Of a stretch of 64,000 bases of DNA, positions 37,045 to 46,559 are shown piece after piece (positions within the stretch are counted from its first letter, which is position 1; every line of letters begins with the position of its first letter). Made by a program: the position numbers and the translations under genes. The DNA comes from Vicinamibacteria bacterium (GTDB taxonomy: Bacteria > Acidobacteriota > Vicinamibacteria > Marinacidobacterales > Marinacidobacteraceae), in assembly GCA_964291235.2 (NCBI GenBank), contig OZ219815.1, positions 672,001 through 736,000 of the forward strand, written 5' to 3'. The notes under the pieces were generated by a model. The model did no database searches. It saw only the letters and a list, made by a program, of their open reading frames with translations, and was not told the origin of the DNA.

Positions 37045-40000
37045 TCAGCGTTGCCGCTCCCGGGTGGCGCCGGAACGCGAGGACGAGGTCTCCCCGGTCA
37101 CCTCGACCGGAGGTTCCTCGCCCAGGAATCCGTGACGGCCCTCGGGGCCAACGCGCCGCGTGTTGTATTCAGCCCGCCAGCGCGCCAAGGCCTCGGAATC
37201 CGGGTAGGCCCCCTCCGGATACGGGTAGCTCGGCATCCCGTGGAAGGGAAGAGGCGTCACGGTATGGGGCCGGGCGGAGTTCAGGTCCATGTCCTTCCCG
37301 AATCCGTCGGCAAACGCGAAGAACGTGCGCCGGCTGCCCGGGGCGGGCGGGGGAAGTTCCCGGGCGTCGAAGCGGAGCCGCACCTCGTCTCCGTGCCGGG
37401 CGATCACATAGCGATCGTCTATCGCAGCGAGGAGGGGCTGCACATCCCCGTACCGGGTGTAGCCCCCCTCGTGCGCGCCCCAGATGTCCCGGGCGGCCCG
37501 GGTGTCGTATCGGTATTCGGTCGGAGGAATTCCGCGAGGGCGGTGGGGTTCGGGATATCCCGCGAAGCCGAAGACCGCGGTCGTGGCATCGAGTCGCCAC
37601 TCCTGAAGCCGGGTGTCGGCGACCTCGGCGAGCTCGATGCGGTCCCAGTAGATCCGCATGTTCGTTCGGATCCGGAGCGGACGCCCGCTCTCGACCCCGG
37701 CATCCTCCAGCGGCACCACCATTGTCTTGGGCAGACCAGCCGGGAATCCCATCGGATCCACGGCGACCCGGAACCCGGTGTCTCCGGCAATCTCCAGGAC
37801 CGGGGGCTTGGCCTGGACGCCGGCCTGCGAGGCGGCGAGGTTGGAACTCGAGTCGGCGTAGTCCACCCATCCGTAGAGCAGGAGGACGTGTGGGACATCG
37901 GCCCGCACCCCGTCGAAGGTGAGCGTCAGCTCGTGGGGCTTCGCGTATCCCTTGAAGGGAAGCAGCGGAAAGTCGTCCACGTATTCGCGGTCCACCCGAG
38001 CGAGAGCCGCGGTCACATCGCGCTCGGACCCTTCTTCAGTTGAGGAGGACGCCCGGGAAGGCGGACGCCGATTCCTGACCGCGACGAGTCCGGGAGCGGG
38101 ATAGGGCGGGCCCGGCATCAGGCGTTCCTGGGCGAAGACATCCACGTCGTCTGGATGGTCGGCCACCCAAAGCGCCGCCCGATCGTAAAAGATGACCTCC
38201 TCGAGCTGGTTCACCCAGCGCATCTCGTAAGCGCCCTCCCGCGGGACCAGGGGAAACGCCTCCATCTTCACCACTTCGGCGGTATCCGGGAAGTTGTAGG
38301 TTCCGGGAGCCAGAAGGTTCCCAAGAGCGCTGCCGCCGAGAAAGTCGGTCACGAAGCGGATCCGTTCCCCGTCCCAGGCGTAGAGGACGGGACACGACGT
38401 GCCCTTTCGATTGAGCTCCTCCACCGACGCCACCGCCAGGGCCGGAACGTCGAGCTCGACCTGTTTCACCCCGCCGGGCCAGAGAAACCGGACGTAGTCG
38501 GCGGCCAGGGCCTCTCCCAGCCCGAAGTGAACGGGGAGATCGTTCTGCGACAGGTATCCCGAGGTGGTCTGCACCTGGCGGCGCTGGCTGACGCCGGAAA
38601 CCCGCACTTCGATCTTGGTACCCACGCCGTCGAGGTTGCTGCGGAGGCCTCGCGGACTCACGGCCATCCAGTTTCCGCCGCCCGTCTGATCATTCCGGAA
38701 GGCGAGGATGCGGCCCAGCGTGGTGCCGACCACCGCGTCGAGATCCCCATCGCCGTCCAGATCGCCGGTGGCCAGCGCCCGCGCCTCTTCCCCGGAGCCG
38801 AGCCTGGCTTCCGGCGCGCCCGCGCGGGAGAACCCCGCCGAGGTGTTCTCATAGAAGACGAGGGGAGCTGCAGCGTCGGCGGTGACCATCAGCAGGTCCA
38901 GATCCATGTCGTGGTCGGCATCGAGGAAGGAGACGCCGTGCCGGGCCCCGGGGACGCCGGCGCGCAGCAGGAACGGGGATCCGATGTCCGGAGAAAAGCC
39001 GCCAGCTCCTGATCCTCGCAGCAACATGTTCAATGCGCTGCCTTCGGCGGAGAGCAACAGGTCGAAGAAGCCGTCACGGTTGTAGTCGGCGGCCGCGGCG
39101 CCCCGCATCCGGGACGCGGTTTCGACGCCCCAGGCGCCCGCACTCTCCGTGAACGTGCCGACCCGGTCGTTCGAGAAGACCTGCACGGGACTGCCGTCGT
39201 TCACGACCAGGAAGTCCACGTCCCGGTCGTCGTCCCAATCCGAGAACAGCGAGAACAGACTCCGCCGCGCCCCGCCGTCCGTCCCGGTCTCCCCGGCTAC
39301 GTCGGTGAACGTGCCGTTGCCATTGTTCCGGTAGAGCCGGTTCGGAGCGCCTGGCAGGTCTTCCGGAATGCGGAGGACCGGAGGGACGGAATCGAGCCCG
39401 TCCAGCGAAGCGGGCGCGTAGTTGGCCACCTGGATGTCCAGATCGCCGTCATGGTCGAAATCGGCGAAGGTGGCCCCCACCGAGATGAGGTCTCCCTCGG
39501 CTCCCGAGCCTTCCGCCCGCGTGAAGAGAGGCCCGGTCTCGCCGGAGCGGTTGATGAACAGTGCGTTCGGACCGGCGCCGGCCGCATAGAGATCCGGATC
39601 CCCATCGAGATCCACGTCACCGACGGTCACACTGACCATCCCGCTGATTTCGAGGCCGGAGTTCTCCCACGCTTCGAAGCCGTCCCCGGTGTTTCGAAAC
39701 AGGAGCACCGATCCACCCCGCACGAAGAGGATTTCGGGCCGGCCGTCCCTGTCGAGGTCACGAATGGCGACCCCCGAGCCGAGCCGAGGCAGCAGGTTCC
39801 CGGCTACCCAGGCGGTCGAATAGTCCTCCGCGCTCAGGGCCTCAGGAAGTTCCACCACCGGATCCCCCGGGGACAGCTCCAGGTTCCACCCCGCGGTGGC
39901 TTCCGAGAAAGTGGCCCTTCCCGTCGTCGAGGGTTCGTCCTGGGCGCGATGAAGCGGCGCCGGGCGTTCCTCGACGGCCTCCGCATAAGGCCCGAGTTCG

Positions 40001-40641
40001 GTGTACTGAAGCCCCGCCGAGACTCCGGCACCCGAAAAACTGTTCTTCAGTTCCTGAAACCGCATCAACTGGGCGCGCCCCTCTTCCCGGCGGCCGGCGC
40101 GAACGAGCACGTTCCCCAGGCTGAAGTGGGCGGATTCATGCTCCGGCTGCAGCAGGATGGCGGTACGCAGCGCGGCCTCGGCCTCCTCGAGACGACCGGT
40201 GGCGGCGTACGCGGCGCCCAGGTAGTACTGAGTCATCGCGTCGTCCGGATCCGCCTCGGCGACCCGCTGGAAGGCAGTGAGCGCCGCCTCCGTATTGCCC
40301 TCGAGTTTTTCGATGAGGCCCAGGTTGTACAGGGCGTGGAGCCCGTCGGGATCGAGATCACGAGCCGTGCCGAAGGAAGTCCGCGCGGCGGCAAAATCGC
40401 GCTCGTTGAACCACGCGATCCCGAGATTCACGTGGGCGGCGGGCGAGTCGGGCCTCAGTGCCACGACCCGCTGGAATTCCGTCGCCGCGTCCGAGAACCG
40501 GAACTGCTCGAGCAGCGCCACACCTCGACTCATCCGCGCCGCCGCCTCCTGCTCCGGTGCCTGGGCGCCGACGGCGGACAACGCGGCGGCTATCACCAGC
40601 GTCAGGAGCCGGCGGCGTTGGGGCTGGATGCTCCGGGTCAT
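37045..40641 (-). CDS. TPR + FG-GAP/VCBS repeat + ASPIC/UnbV (CRTAC1-like) secreted protein
   Basis: N-terminal TPRs, DxDxDGDxD repeats, GYLSQNDLPVHFGLG UnbV motif, SCPVLYAWDG C-terminal domain. Confidence 0.88.
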   Translation of the reverse strand: MTRSIQPQRRRLLTLVIAAALSAVGAQAPEQEAAARMSRGVALLEQFRFSDAATEFQRVVALRPDSPAAHVNLGIAWFNERDFAAARTSFGTARDLDPDGLHALYNLGLIEKLEGNTEAALTAFQRVAEADPDDAMTQYYLGAAYAATGRLEEAEAALRTAILLQPEHESAHFSLGNVLVRAGRREEGRAQLMRFQELKNSFSGAGVSAGLQYTELGPYAEAVEERPAPLHRAQDEPSTTGRATFSEATAGWNLELSPGDPVVELPEALSAEDYSTAWVAGNLLPRLGSGVAIRDLDRDGRPEILFVRGGSVLLFRNTGDGFEAWENSGLEISGMVSVTVGDVDLDGDPDLYAAGAGPNALFINRSGETGPLFTRAEGSGAEGDLISVGATFADFDHDGDLDIQVANYAPASLDGLDSVPPVLRIPEDLPGAPNRLYRNNGNGTFTDVAGETGTDGGARRSLFSLFSDWDDDRDVDFLVVNDGSPVQVFSNDRVGTFTESAGAWGVETASRMRGAAAADYNRDGFFDLLLSAEGSALNMLLRGSGAGGFSPDIGSPFLLRAGVPGARHGVSFLDADHDMDLDLLMVTADAAAPLVFYENTSAGFSRAGAPEARLGSGEEARALATGDLDGDGDLDAVVGTTLGRILAFRNDQTGGGNWMAVSPRGLRSNLDGVGTKIEVRVSGVSQRRQVQTTSGYLSQNDLPVHFGLGEALAADYVRFLWPGGVKQVELDVPALAVASVEELNRKGTSCPVLYAWDGERIRFVTDFLGGSALGNLLAPGTYNFPDTAEVVKMEAFPLVPREGAYEMRWVNQLEEVIFYDRAALWVADHPDDVDVFAQERLMPGPPYPAPGLVAVRNRRPPSRASSSTEEGSERDVTAALARVDREYVDDFPLLPFKGYAKPHELTLTFDGVRADVPHVLLLYGWVDYADSSSNLAASQAGVQAKPPVLEIAGDTGFRVAVDPMGFPAGLPKTMVVPLEDAGVESGRPLRIRTNMRIYWDRIELAEVADTRLQEWRLDATTAVFGFAGYPEPHRPRGIPPTEYRYDTRAARDIWGAHEGGYTRYGDVQPLLAAIDDRYVIARHGDEVRLRFDARELPPPAPGSRRTFFAFADGFGKDMDLNSARPHTVTPLPFHGMPSYPYPEGAYPDSEALARWRAEYNTRRVGPEGRHGFLGEEPPVEVTGETSSSRSGATRERQR

Positions 40642-40756
40642 GGACTCCGCATTATGACCAACCCGGCCCACTCCCATTTTTCGAACGCCGATTCCGCAGC
40701 GCGGCCCGGGAAGCCGTCGGGGGGTCCCCCCGCGATACGGTTCCCCGCGCCCAACC

Positions 40757-42685
40757 ATGATTCAACTCGTCGAAGGCTCGAAGGCCTACGGAGACCAGGT
40801 GCTGCTTCGCGAAGTCTCCTGGCAGGTCACGGGCGGAGATCGCATTGGCCTCGTCGGGCCGAACGGATCCGGGAAATCCACGCTCCTGAAAGTCCTCGCC
40901 GGACTGGTGTCGCTGGACGCCGGAAGAGTCGTGCTGGCCAAGCGGAAACGGGTTGGCTACCTGCCCCAGGAAGGGCTCCAGTTGAAGGGTCGAAGCGTCG
41001 CCGAGGAGGTGCGCACGGCATTCGCCGATCTGTTGCAGCTCCGGCGAGAACAGGAAGACATGGCGGAACTCCTGTCCCGGACTCCCGATCAGCCCGAACT
41101 CCTCACCGCCTATGGGGAAAAGGAAGAGGAATGGCAGCGCCGGGGCGGATACGAAATGGACGCCCGCATCAGCGAGGTTCTTTCCGGTCTGGGCTTTGCC
41201 GCCGGAGATCAGGACCGGCCTGTCGAGACCTTCAGCCAGGGCTGGCAGATGCGGATCTCCCTTGCCAAGCTGCTGGTGGAAGCGAATGACCTCATCCTGT
41301 TGGACGAACCGACGAACTATCTGGACATCGAGGCGCGCACCTGGTTGCTCGGATTCCTCTCGCAGCACCGCGGAGGGCTGGTGTTGGTCGCTCACGACCG
41401 CTACTTCCTCGACTCCGTCGTCACCCGCATCACCGAGATCGGGATGGGGCGGCTTGGCAACTACCCGGGCACCTACAGTCGGTACGAAACGCAGCGCGCC
41501 GCCGAAATCGCCGACCTCAGAAAGCGGGCCGCCGAGCAGGCGGCCGAGATTGAACGCAACGAGCGTTTCATCAGCCGGTTTCGCTACCAGGCCAGCCGCG
41601 CGCGGCAGGTTCAGAGTCGCGTTCGCATGCTGGAAAAAATCGAGCGGATCGAGGTGCCCCCCGAGCCCCGGCGGGTCGCATTGCGGCTACCGCATCCGCC
41701 GCGTTCCGGCCGGGTTCTGGTGAAGCTCACCGGCGTCGCCAAGAGTTTCGGCGACAACGAAGTCTTCAGGGGCGTGGATCTGGTGGTCGAACGCGGCCAG
41801 CGCCTTGCCCTCACCGGGGCGAACGGCGCCGGCAAATCCACGCTCATCCGTCTGATCGCCGGCGAAGATCCCCCGAGCGCCGGCACGCGGGAACTCGGTC
41901 ACAACGTTCGGTTCGCCTACTACGGCCCCGACCGGCACGATCTCGACCCCGACCGCACGGTTCGCGAGACCATGGCCGACGCCGCGCCGCTCGCGATGCT
42001 TCCGCAGATTCGCAACATCCTGGGAGCGTTCTTGTTTTCGGGGGAGACCGTGGACAAGAAGACGGCGGTCCTTTCCGGCGGCGAACGAAGCCGGCTGGCG
42101 CTGGCTCGCCTGTTTCTGCGCCCGGCCAACCTCCTCCTGCTCGATGAGCCAACCAACCATCTCGATCTCGACGCCAAGGCGGCACTCCTGAACGCCCTTG
42201 CGAACTATCAGGGAACCATCGTGTTCGTCGCCCACGACCGGTACTTCATGGACGCGCTCGCCACCCGGGTGGCCGCCATCGGCGCTGGCGACGCCGCGCT
42301 CTACTGGGGCAACTATTCGGACTACCTCGCCCGGACGAACCCGCCGGCGGGCGCGGACAAGGCTGCCGAAACCCCCAAACGGCGCCCGCCAGGCGCGTCC
42401 GACCGCAAGAAGCGGGACGTCGGGGGCGCGGCTGCCGTGCGCGAACGCCGGGCTCCGGGCAAGAACCGGTTGCGGCAGTTGCGGCGCGAATGGCGGGAAG
42501 TGTTCGAGGCGATCGCGGACACCGAGGCTGCCGTCGAGAGCCTCGAAGCGCGCATGGCGGCTCCGGGTTTCTTCGGCGATCGCGAAGGGTCCCGCGAGGT
42601 CACCGCTACCTACGAGGACCTGAAGGGCCGGCTACCGGCGCTCTACGAGAAACTCGAGCGACTCGACGCCGCCGTGGGGAGCTAG
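40757..42685 (+). CDS. ABC-F family ATP-binding protein
   Basis: Two Walker A (GPNGSGKST, GANGAGKST), LLDEPTN twice, no TM segments. Confidence 0.93.
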   Translation: MIQLVEGSKAYGDQVLLREVSWQVTGGDRIGLVGPNGSGKSTLLKVLAGLVSLDAGRVVLAKRKRVGYLPQEGLQLKGRSVAEEVRTAFADLLQLRREQEDMAELLSRTPDQPELLTAYGEKEEEWQRRGGYEMDARISEVLSGLGFAAGDQDRPVETFSQGWQMRISLAKLLVEANDLILLDEPTNYLDIEARTWLLGFLSQHRGGLVLVAHDRYFLDSVVTRITEIGMGRLGNYPGTYSRYETQRAAEIADLRKRAAEQAAEIERNERFISRFRYQASRARQVQSRVRMLEKIERIEVPPEPRRVALRLPHPPRSGRVLVKLTGVAKSFGDNEVFRGVDLVVERGQRLALTGANGAGKSTLIRLIAGEDPPSAGTRELGHNVRFAYYGPDRHDLDPDRTVRETMADAAPLAMLPQIRNILGAFLFSGETVDKKTAVLSGGERSRLALARLFLRPANLLLLDEPTNHLDLDAKAALLNALANYQGTIVFVAHDRYFMDALATRVAAIGAGDAALYWGNYSDYLARTNPPAGADKAAETPKRRPPGASDRKKRDVGGAAAVRERRAPGKNRLRQLRREWREVFEAIADTEAAVESLEARMAAPGFFGDREGSREVTATYEDLKGRLPALYEKLERLDAAVGS

Positions 42686-42722
42686 GGGTTCGCGAACCGG
42701 CCGGCCCCGCATCGGGTGGCCG

Positions 42723-43280
42723 TCAGGCTCCGGGAGCCGCCTCTTCGAGCTCCACGCCGAGCCCGTTGGCCATGCGGTTCACGAAGCAAAAGTAGGACGC
42801 CACGGCACAGGCATCGTGAATGTCCCGGTCGGAGAGCCCGGCGTTTCGAAGCGGGTCGAGATCTTGCGGGCCGAGGCTCGACGGCGCTCGCGCCAGCTTG
42901 ATGACGTAGTTGGCGAGCGCCCGGAATCGGGGCGAAAGGGAACCCCCCTCCGGATCGCGGCAGAGGGCGTCCACCAGCTCCCGGTCCCTGGTCAGCCGGA
43001 GAAGACCCCTCCGGTGGTGCTCGATTCAATAGTGGCACTCGTTGACCACGGAAACGGCGACCGCTATCAGTTCCCGTTCGGCGAGGCTGAGCCCCGATTC
43101 GCCACGCATCAGGTGCTCGTAGAGGCTCAGGTGGTGCCCCAGCGTTTCCGGATTCAGACTGGACACCCTCAGGATGTTGTCCACCAGACCATCGGGACGC
43201 CGGTGGCGGCGGTAGAGAGAGCCGAGCTGACCCGAGCGGCCTGCCGCGCTGTCCGGCGAAATCATGGGAATCCAAGACAT
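42723..43280 (-). CDS. AhpD/CMD-like peroxidase-related selenoprotein (CxxU)
   Basis: ORFs 43026..43280 and 42723..42974 are in the same frame, joined by a TGA at the second redox Cys position (ERELIAVAVSVVNECHY-U); C-terminal FVNRMANGLGV. Confidence 0.85.
42996..43014 (-). promoter_or_regulatory. Bacterial SECIS element
   Basis: ccggag-gggtctt-ctccgg hairpin starting 11 nt after the UGA, with GGUCU at the apex. Confidence 0.75.
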
Positions 43281-43311
43281 CGGATGAACCGGAACGTAGG
43301 ATACCGGGCCG

Positions 43312-43797
43312 ATGCTTCAGATCGCCTGCGACGGCTCCTGCCTCGGAAACCCCGGGCCGGGAGGGTGGGCGGCGGTAATCCTCTCCGGAACGGGAGGGGA
43401 GCGGGTCCTCTCGGGAGGCGAACCGAACACCACCAACAACCGCATGGAACTCACCGCCGTCATCCGGGCCGTGGAAGCGGTGCCGGACGGCGTTCCGGCG
43501 ACCGTGTTGTGCGACAGTCAGTACGTGGTCAAGGGAATCACCGAGTGGCTCCCGTCCTGGGTGCGGCGCGGCTGGCAGACCGCGGGCCGCCGCCCGGTCA
43601 AGAATGCCGACCTGTGGCGACGTCTGGCCGCGGCACACGCGAAGCGGCCGGCCGTTCGATTCGAGTGGGTCCGGGGCCATGCCGGTCACCCCGGGAACGA
43701 ACGCGCCCATACGCTCGCTTCGGAAGAGGCCATTCGGCAAAAGCGGGACAAGTCCGCGCCCGGCGCGGTCCGTGGGCTTTTCGCGGCTAGGGGATAG
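43312..43797 (+). CDS. rnhA: Ribonuclease HI
   Basis: DGSCLGNPGPGG, TTNNRMEL, DSQY, WVRGHAGHPGNERA. Confidence 0.95.
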   Translation: MLQIACDGSCLGNPGPGGWAAVILSGTGGERVLSGGEPNTTNNRMELTAVIRAVEAVPDGVPATVLCDSQYVVKGITEWLPSWVRRGWQTAGRRPVKNADLWRRLAAAHAKRPAVRFEWVRGHAGHPGNERAHTLASEEAIRQKRDKSAPGAVRGLFAARG

Positions 43798-43810
43798 ACT
43801 CGGGGCGTTC

Positions 43811-44761
43811 GTGCGCGAATACCGGTTCCTTCAGGCGGACGTTTTCACCGACCGCGCCTTCGCGGGCAATCCACTCGCCATCGTGACCAGTGCGGAAGGG
43901 TTGTCGGGGGAAGAGATGCAGCGGATTGCTGCTGAGATGAACCTGTCGGAAACCGCCTTCGTCCTGCCGCCCACCGACGTGCAGGCGCTTTGCCGTCTTC
44001 GAATCTTCACCCCCAACACCGAACTGCCCCTGGCGGGACATCCCGTCGTGGGAACGTTCTTCGTGCTGGCGCGGCGGGGAGAACTCGGGCTGGGCGAACG
44101 ACTGAAGGCCCTGGGAACCGGTGTTCACCGTATCCATCAGGAGTGCGGCGCCGGCGTCCTCCCGGTGGACATTCGGATTCGCGAGGGCACGGTAGAACAG
44201 GTCGTCATGACCCAGGCGCCTCCCCGCTTCTTTGCCGAGTTCACCGACCGGAACGCTCTCGCCGCCTGCCTCGGCATCGGCGCCGATGAAGTACTTCCCG
44301 ACGGCAGGCCGGCGCAGGTCGTCTCCACCGCGCTCCCACAGTTGATGGTGCCGGTGCGTTCGCTCCGCAGCCTGGAAAAGCTGGAACTGGATTCGGCGGC
44401 GACCCAAACGCTGCTCAACCGCGAGGAAATCGGCTCCGACTGCATGATGGTGTTCTCCACCGAGTGCGCCCGCGAGGAAAACGCCGCTCACGCGCGGATG
44501 TTCGCCCCGGGCCTCGGGGTGGTCGAAGATCCGGCGACTGGCAGTGCCGCGGGCGCATTGGGCGCCTGGCTGGTTCGGAACGGGCTGGTGAAGAACGGCG
44601 ACGGAGATCCGGTCCGTCTCGTGATCGAACAGGGCTACGAGATGGGTCGTCCCAGCTTGATCCACGTGGAAGTCGAACGCGACGGCGGCCAACCCTCCCT
44701 GGTGCGTGTCGGCGGCCAGGCGATCGAGGTCGCCGAAGGAGTGCTGAGGATCCCGGACTAG
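43811..44761 (+). CDS. PhzF family isomerase
   Basis: DVFT...GNP, SETAF, ELPLAGHP, EDPATGSA. Confidence 0.92.
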   Translation: MREYRFLQADVFTDRAFAGNPLAIVTSAEGLSGEEMQRIAAEMNLSETAFVLPPTDVQALCRLRIFTPNTELPLAGHPVVGTFFVLARRGELGLGERLKALGTGVHRIHQECGAGVLPVDIRIREGTVEQVVMTQAPPRFFAEFTDRNALAACLGIGADEVLPDGRPAQVVSTALPQLMVPVRSLRSLEKLELDSAATQTLLNREEIGSDCMMVFSTECAREENAAHARMFAPGLGVVEDPATGSAAGALGAWLVRNGLVKNGDGDPVRLVIEQGYEMGRPSLIHVEVERDGGQPSLVRVGGQAIEVAEGVLRIPD

Positions 44762-44780
44762 CCCGCGACCCGGCTTTGCA

Positions 44781-46400
44781 TCACGGAAAGGTGATGCGTT
44801 CGCCGGGGAGCACCGGAGTGTGTGCGGGGACCCGATGGGCCTGCACCCGCTGTTCGAAGGCGTAGCCCAGAGCGAGAAGCCGGGGTTCGCTGAACGCCCG
44901 TCCCAGGAAGGAAATGCCGACTGGCAACCCGCCACCGGTGAACCCCGCGGGGACGATCAGATCCGGAAATCCGCTCATGTTGGCGAGCCGCACCGGAGAC
45001 GGTCCATAGAGATCCGGCGGCCGGTCGATGAGCGCCGGCCGGATCGGGGAGGTCGGGTACACGAGCGCGTCCAGTTCCTCCTGATCCATCAGACCTTCGA
45101 CGAGCGCACGGACCAGTGGGAGAGCGTGCTCCCGGACCGCGAGGTGTGCGTAGTCGGTGACTTCTCCGCTCGCGTTTTCGCGCAGGAAGAGGCTCCAGCG
45201 CCCCGGGTTGGGACGAACTCCTTCCCCGCGCGAGGGCAGCGCCATGGACCGATCGACCAGCTCGTCGAGGGATCTCGGATATCCGTCACCGAGGCCCTCC
45301 AGGTACTCCGCGATCTGTTTACGGAATTCCGGCCAGCGCACCGTGGTGTAGAAATCGCTCTCGACCTCCAAGAGCCATTCCGGGAATCGGACATCGACAA
45401 CTTCGGCGCCGGCGTCGCGCATCGCGTCGAGCGCCGCCTCGATGATCCAGTCCACTTCGCGATCGACTCCCATGAAGTCGCGCGCCACACCGAGGCGCGC
45501 GCCCGCGAGCGCGCCGGCGTCCAGAAACTGCGTGTAGTCGTCGTGGAAATGTCCGGCGCTGGCTGAGGTCGCGGCGTCTGCCTCATCCACCCCAACCATC
45601 GTTCCCAAAGAGACCGCCACGTCATGGACGCTGCGCGCCATCGGTCCACCGGTGTCGAACGAGAGCGCCAGCGGCACGATCCCGTCTCGGCTGAGGAGCC
45701 CGAGCGTCGGCTTGAGCCCGGCCAGGCCGTTCGCCGTGGACGGCCCGCGAATCGATCCGCCGGTGTCCGAGCCCAGCCCGACGAAGCCATAACCGGCGGC
45801 AACCGCCGCCCCGGTGCCACCGGAGGACCCGGACGGAGTCCGGGCCGGATCGTGCGGGTTCCGGGTGACCCCGCCGAGCGAACTCATCGCCCCGCCGGAA
45901 GCGAACTCGCTGAGGTTCACCTTGGCCAGCACGATCGCCCCCGCTTCCCTCAGTTTGCGCACCACGAAGGCATCGTCCGGAGGACGCGAATCCTGGAGCA
46001 GGAACGATCCGGCGGTCGTCGGAATGTCCGCGGTGTCGAAGTTGTCCTTGAGCAGAACCGGAATCCCGTGCAGTGGTGAACGGCGCCCGGACCGCTCCCG
46101 CTCGGCGTCCAGTTCCCGAGCTCGCTGCCGAGCGTTCGGGTTCACCGAGATGACGGCGTTGATCTCCGGGCCCTGGTCGTCGTAGGCGTCGATCCGCGCC
46201 AGACACAGCTCGACCAGCCGTTCCGCCGTAAGGGCGCCGGCATCCACCGCTTCGTTGATCTCGGCAATCGTTGCCGTGGTGAGGTCGATCTCCCGAGACT
46301 GGCGGGCTTCCGAGCCGGCGGCAAACAACAGGACGAGGGCGGCAAGCGCCCCGCCCCGACGAGCGGAACGGGAAGGAGGACAAAGGCGCATGGGCGCCAT
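44781..46400 (-). CDS. Amidase signature family protein, secreted
   Basis: LKDN, SGSSGGT, GSDTGGSIRGPS. Confidence 0.92.
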   Translation of the reverse strand: MAPMRLCPPSRSARRGGALAALVLLFAAGSEARQSREIDLTTATIAEINEAVDAGALTAERLVELCLARIDAYDDQGPEINAVISVNPNARQRARELDAERERSGRRSPLHGIPVLLKDNFDTADIPTTAGSFLLQDSRPPDDAFVVRKLREAGAIVLAKVNLSEFASGGAMSSLGGVTRNPHDPARTPSGSSGGTGAAVAAGYGFVGLGSDTGGSIRGPSTANGLAGLKPTLGLLSRDGIVPLALSFDTGGPMARSVHDVAVSLGTMVGVDEADAATSASAGHFHDDYTQFLDAGALAGARLGVARDFMGVDREVDWIIEAALDAMRDAGAEVVDVRFPEWLLEVESDFYTTVRWPEFRKQIAEYLEGLGDGYPRSLDELVDRSMALPSRGEGVRPNPGRWSLFLRENASGEVTDYAHLAVREHALPLVRALVEGLMDQEELDALVYPTSPIRPALIDRPPDLYGPSPVRLANMSGFPDLIVPAGFTGGGLPVGISFLGRAFSEPRLLALGYAFEQRVQAHRVPAHTPVLPGERITFP

Positions 46401-46559
46401 CGTATCCGCCGGGCGCTCCGGCGAGCTACGCGGGACGGATCCGGGAAGCTGCCGCCGTCTCCGGGCGGGTTCCGGCCATTCGTGAGCCCGCCCCGGGAGT
46501 CTTCCCTCCGTCGGGCGCAGGGATCTCGGTTTGAGAACCGCTACTCCCGCCGGAGCCGG

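Noticed and set aside
42723-43280. Pseudogene or two small genes
   Set aside because: The stop is UGA at the catalytic Cys position with a correctly spaced SECIS-like hairpin; recoding is more parsimonious
43811-44761. Phenazine biosynthesis cluster (PhzF with trp/DAHP genes)
   Set aside because: Stand-alone PhzF homologs are widespread; no phzA/B/D/E/G, and the trp genes are 13 kb away
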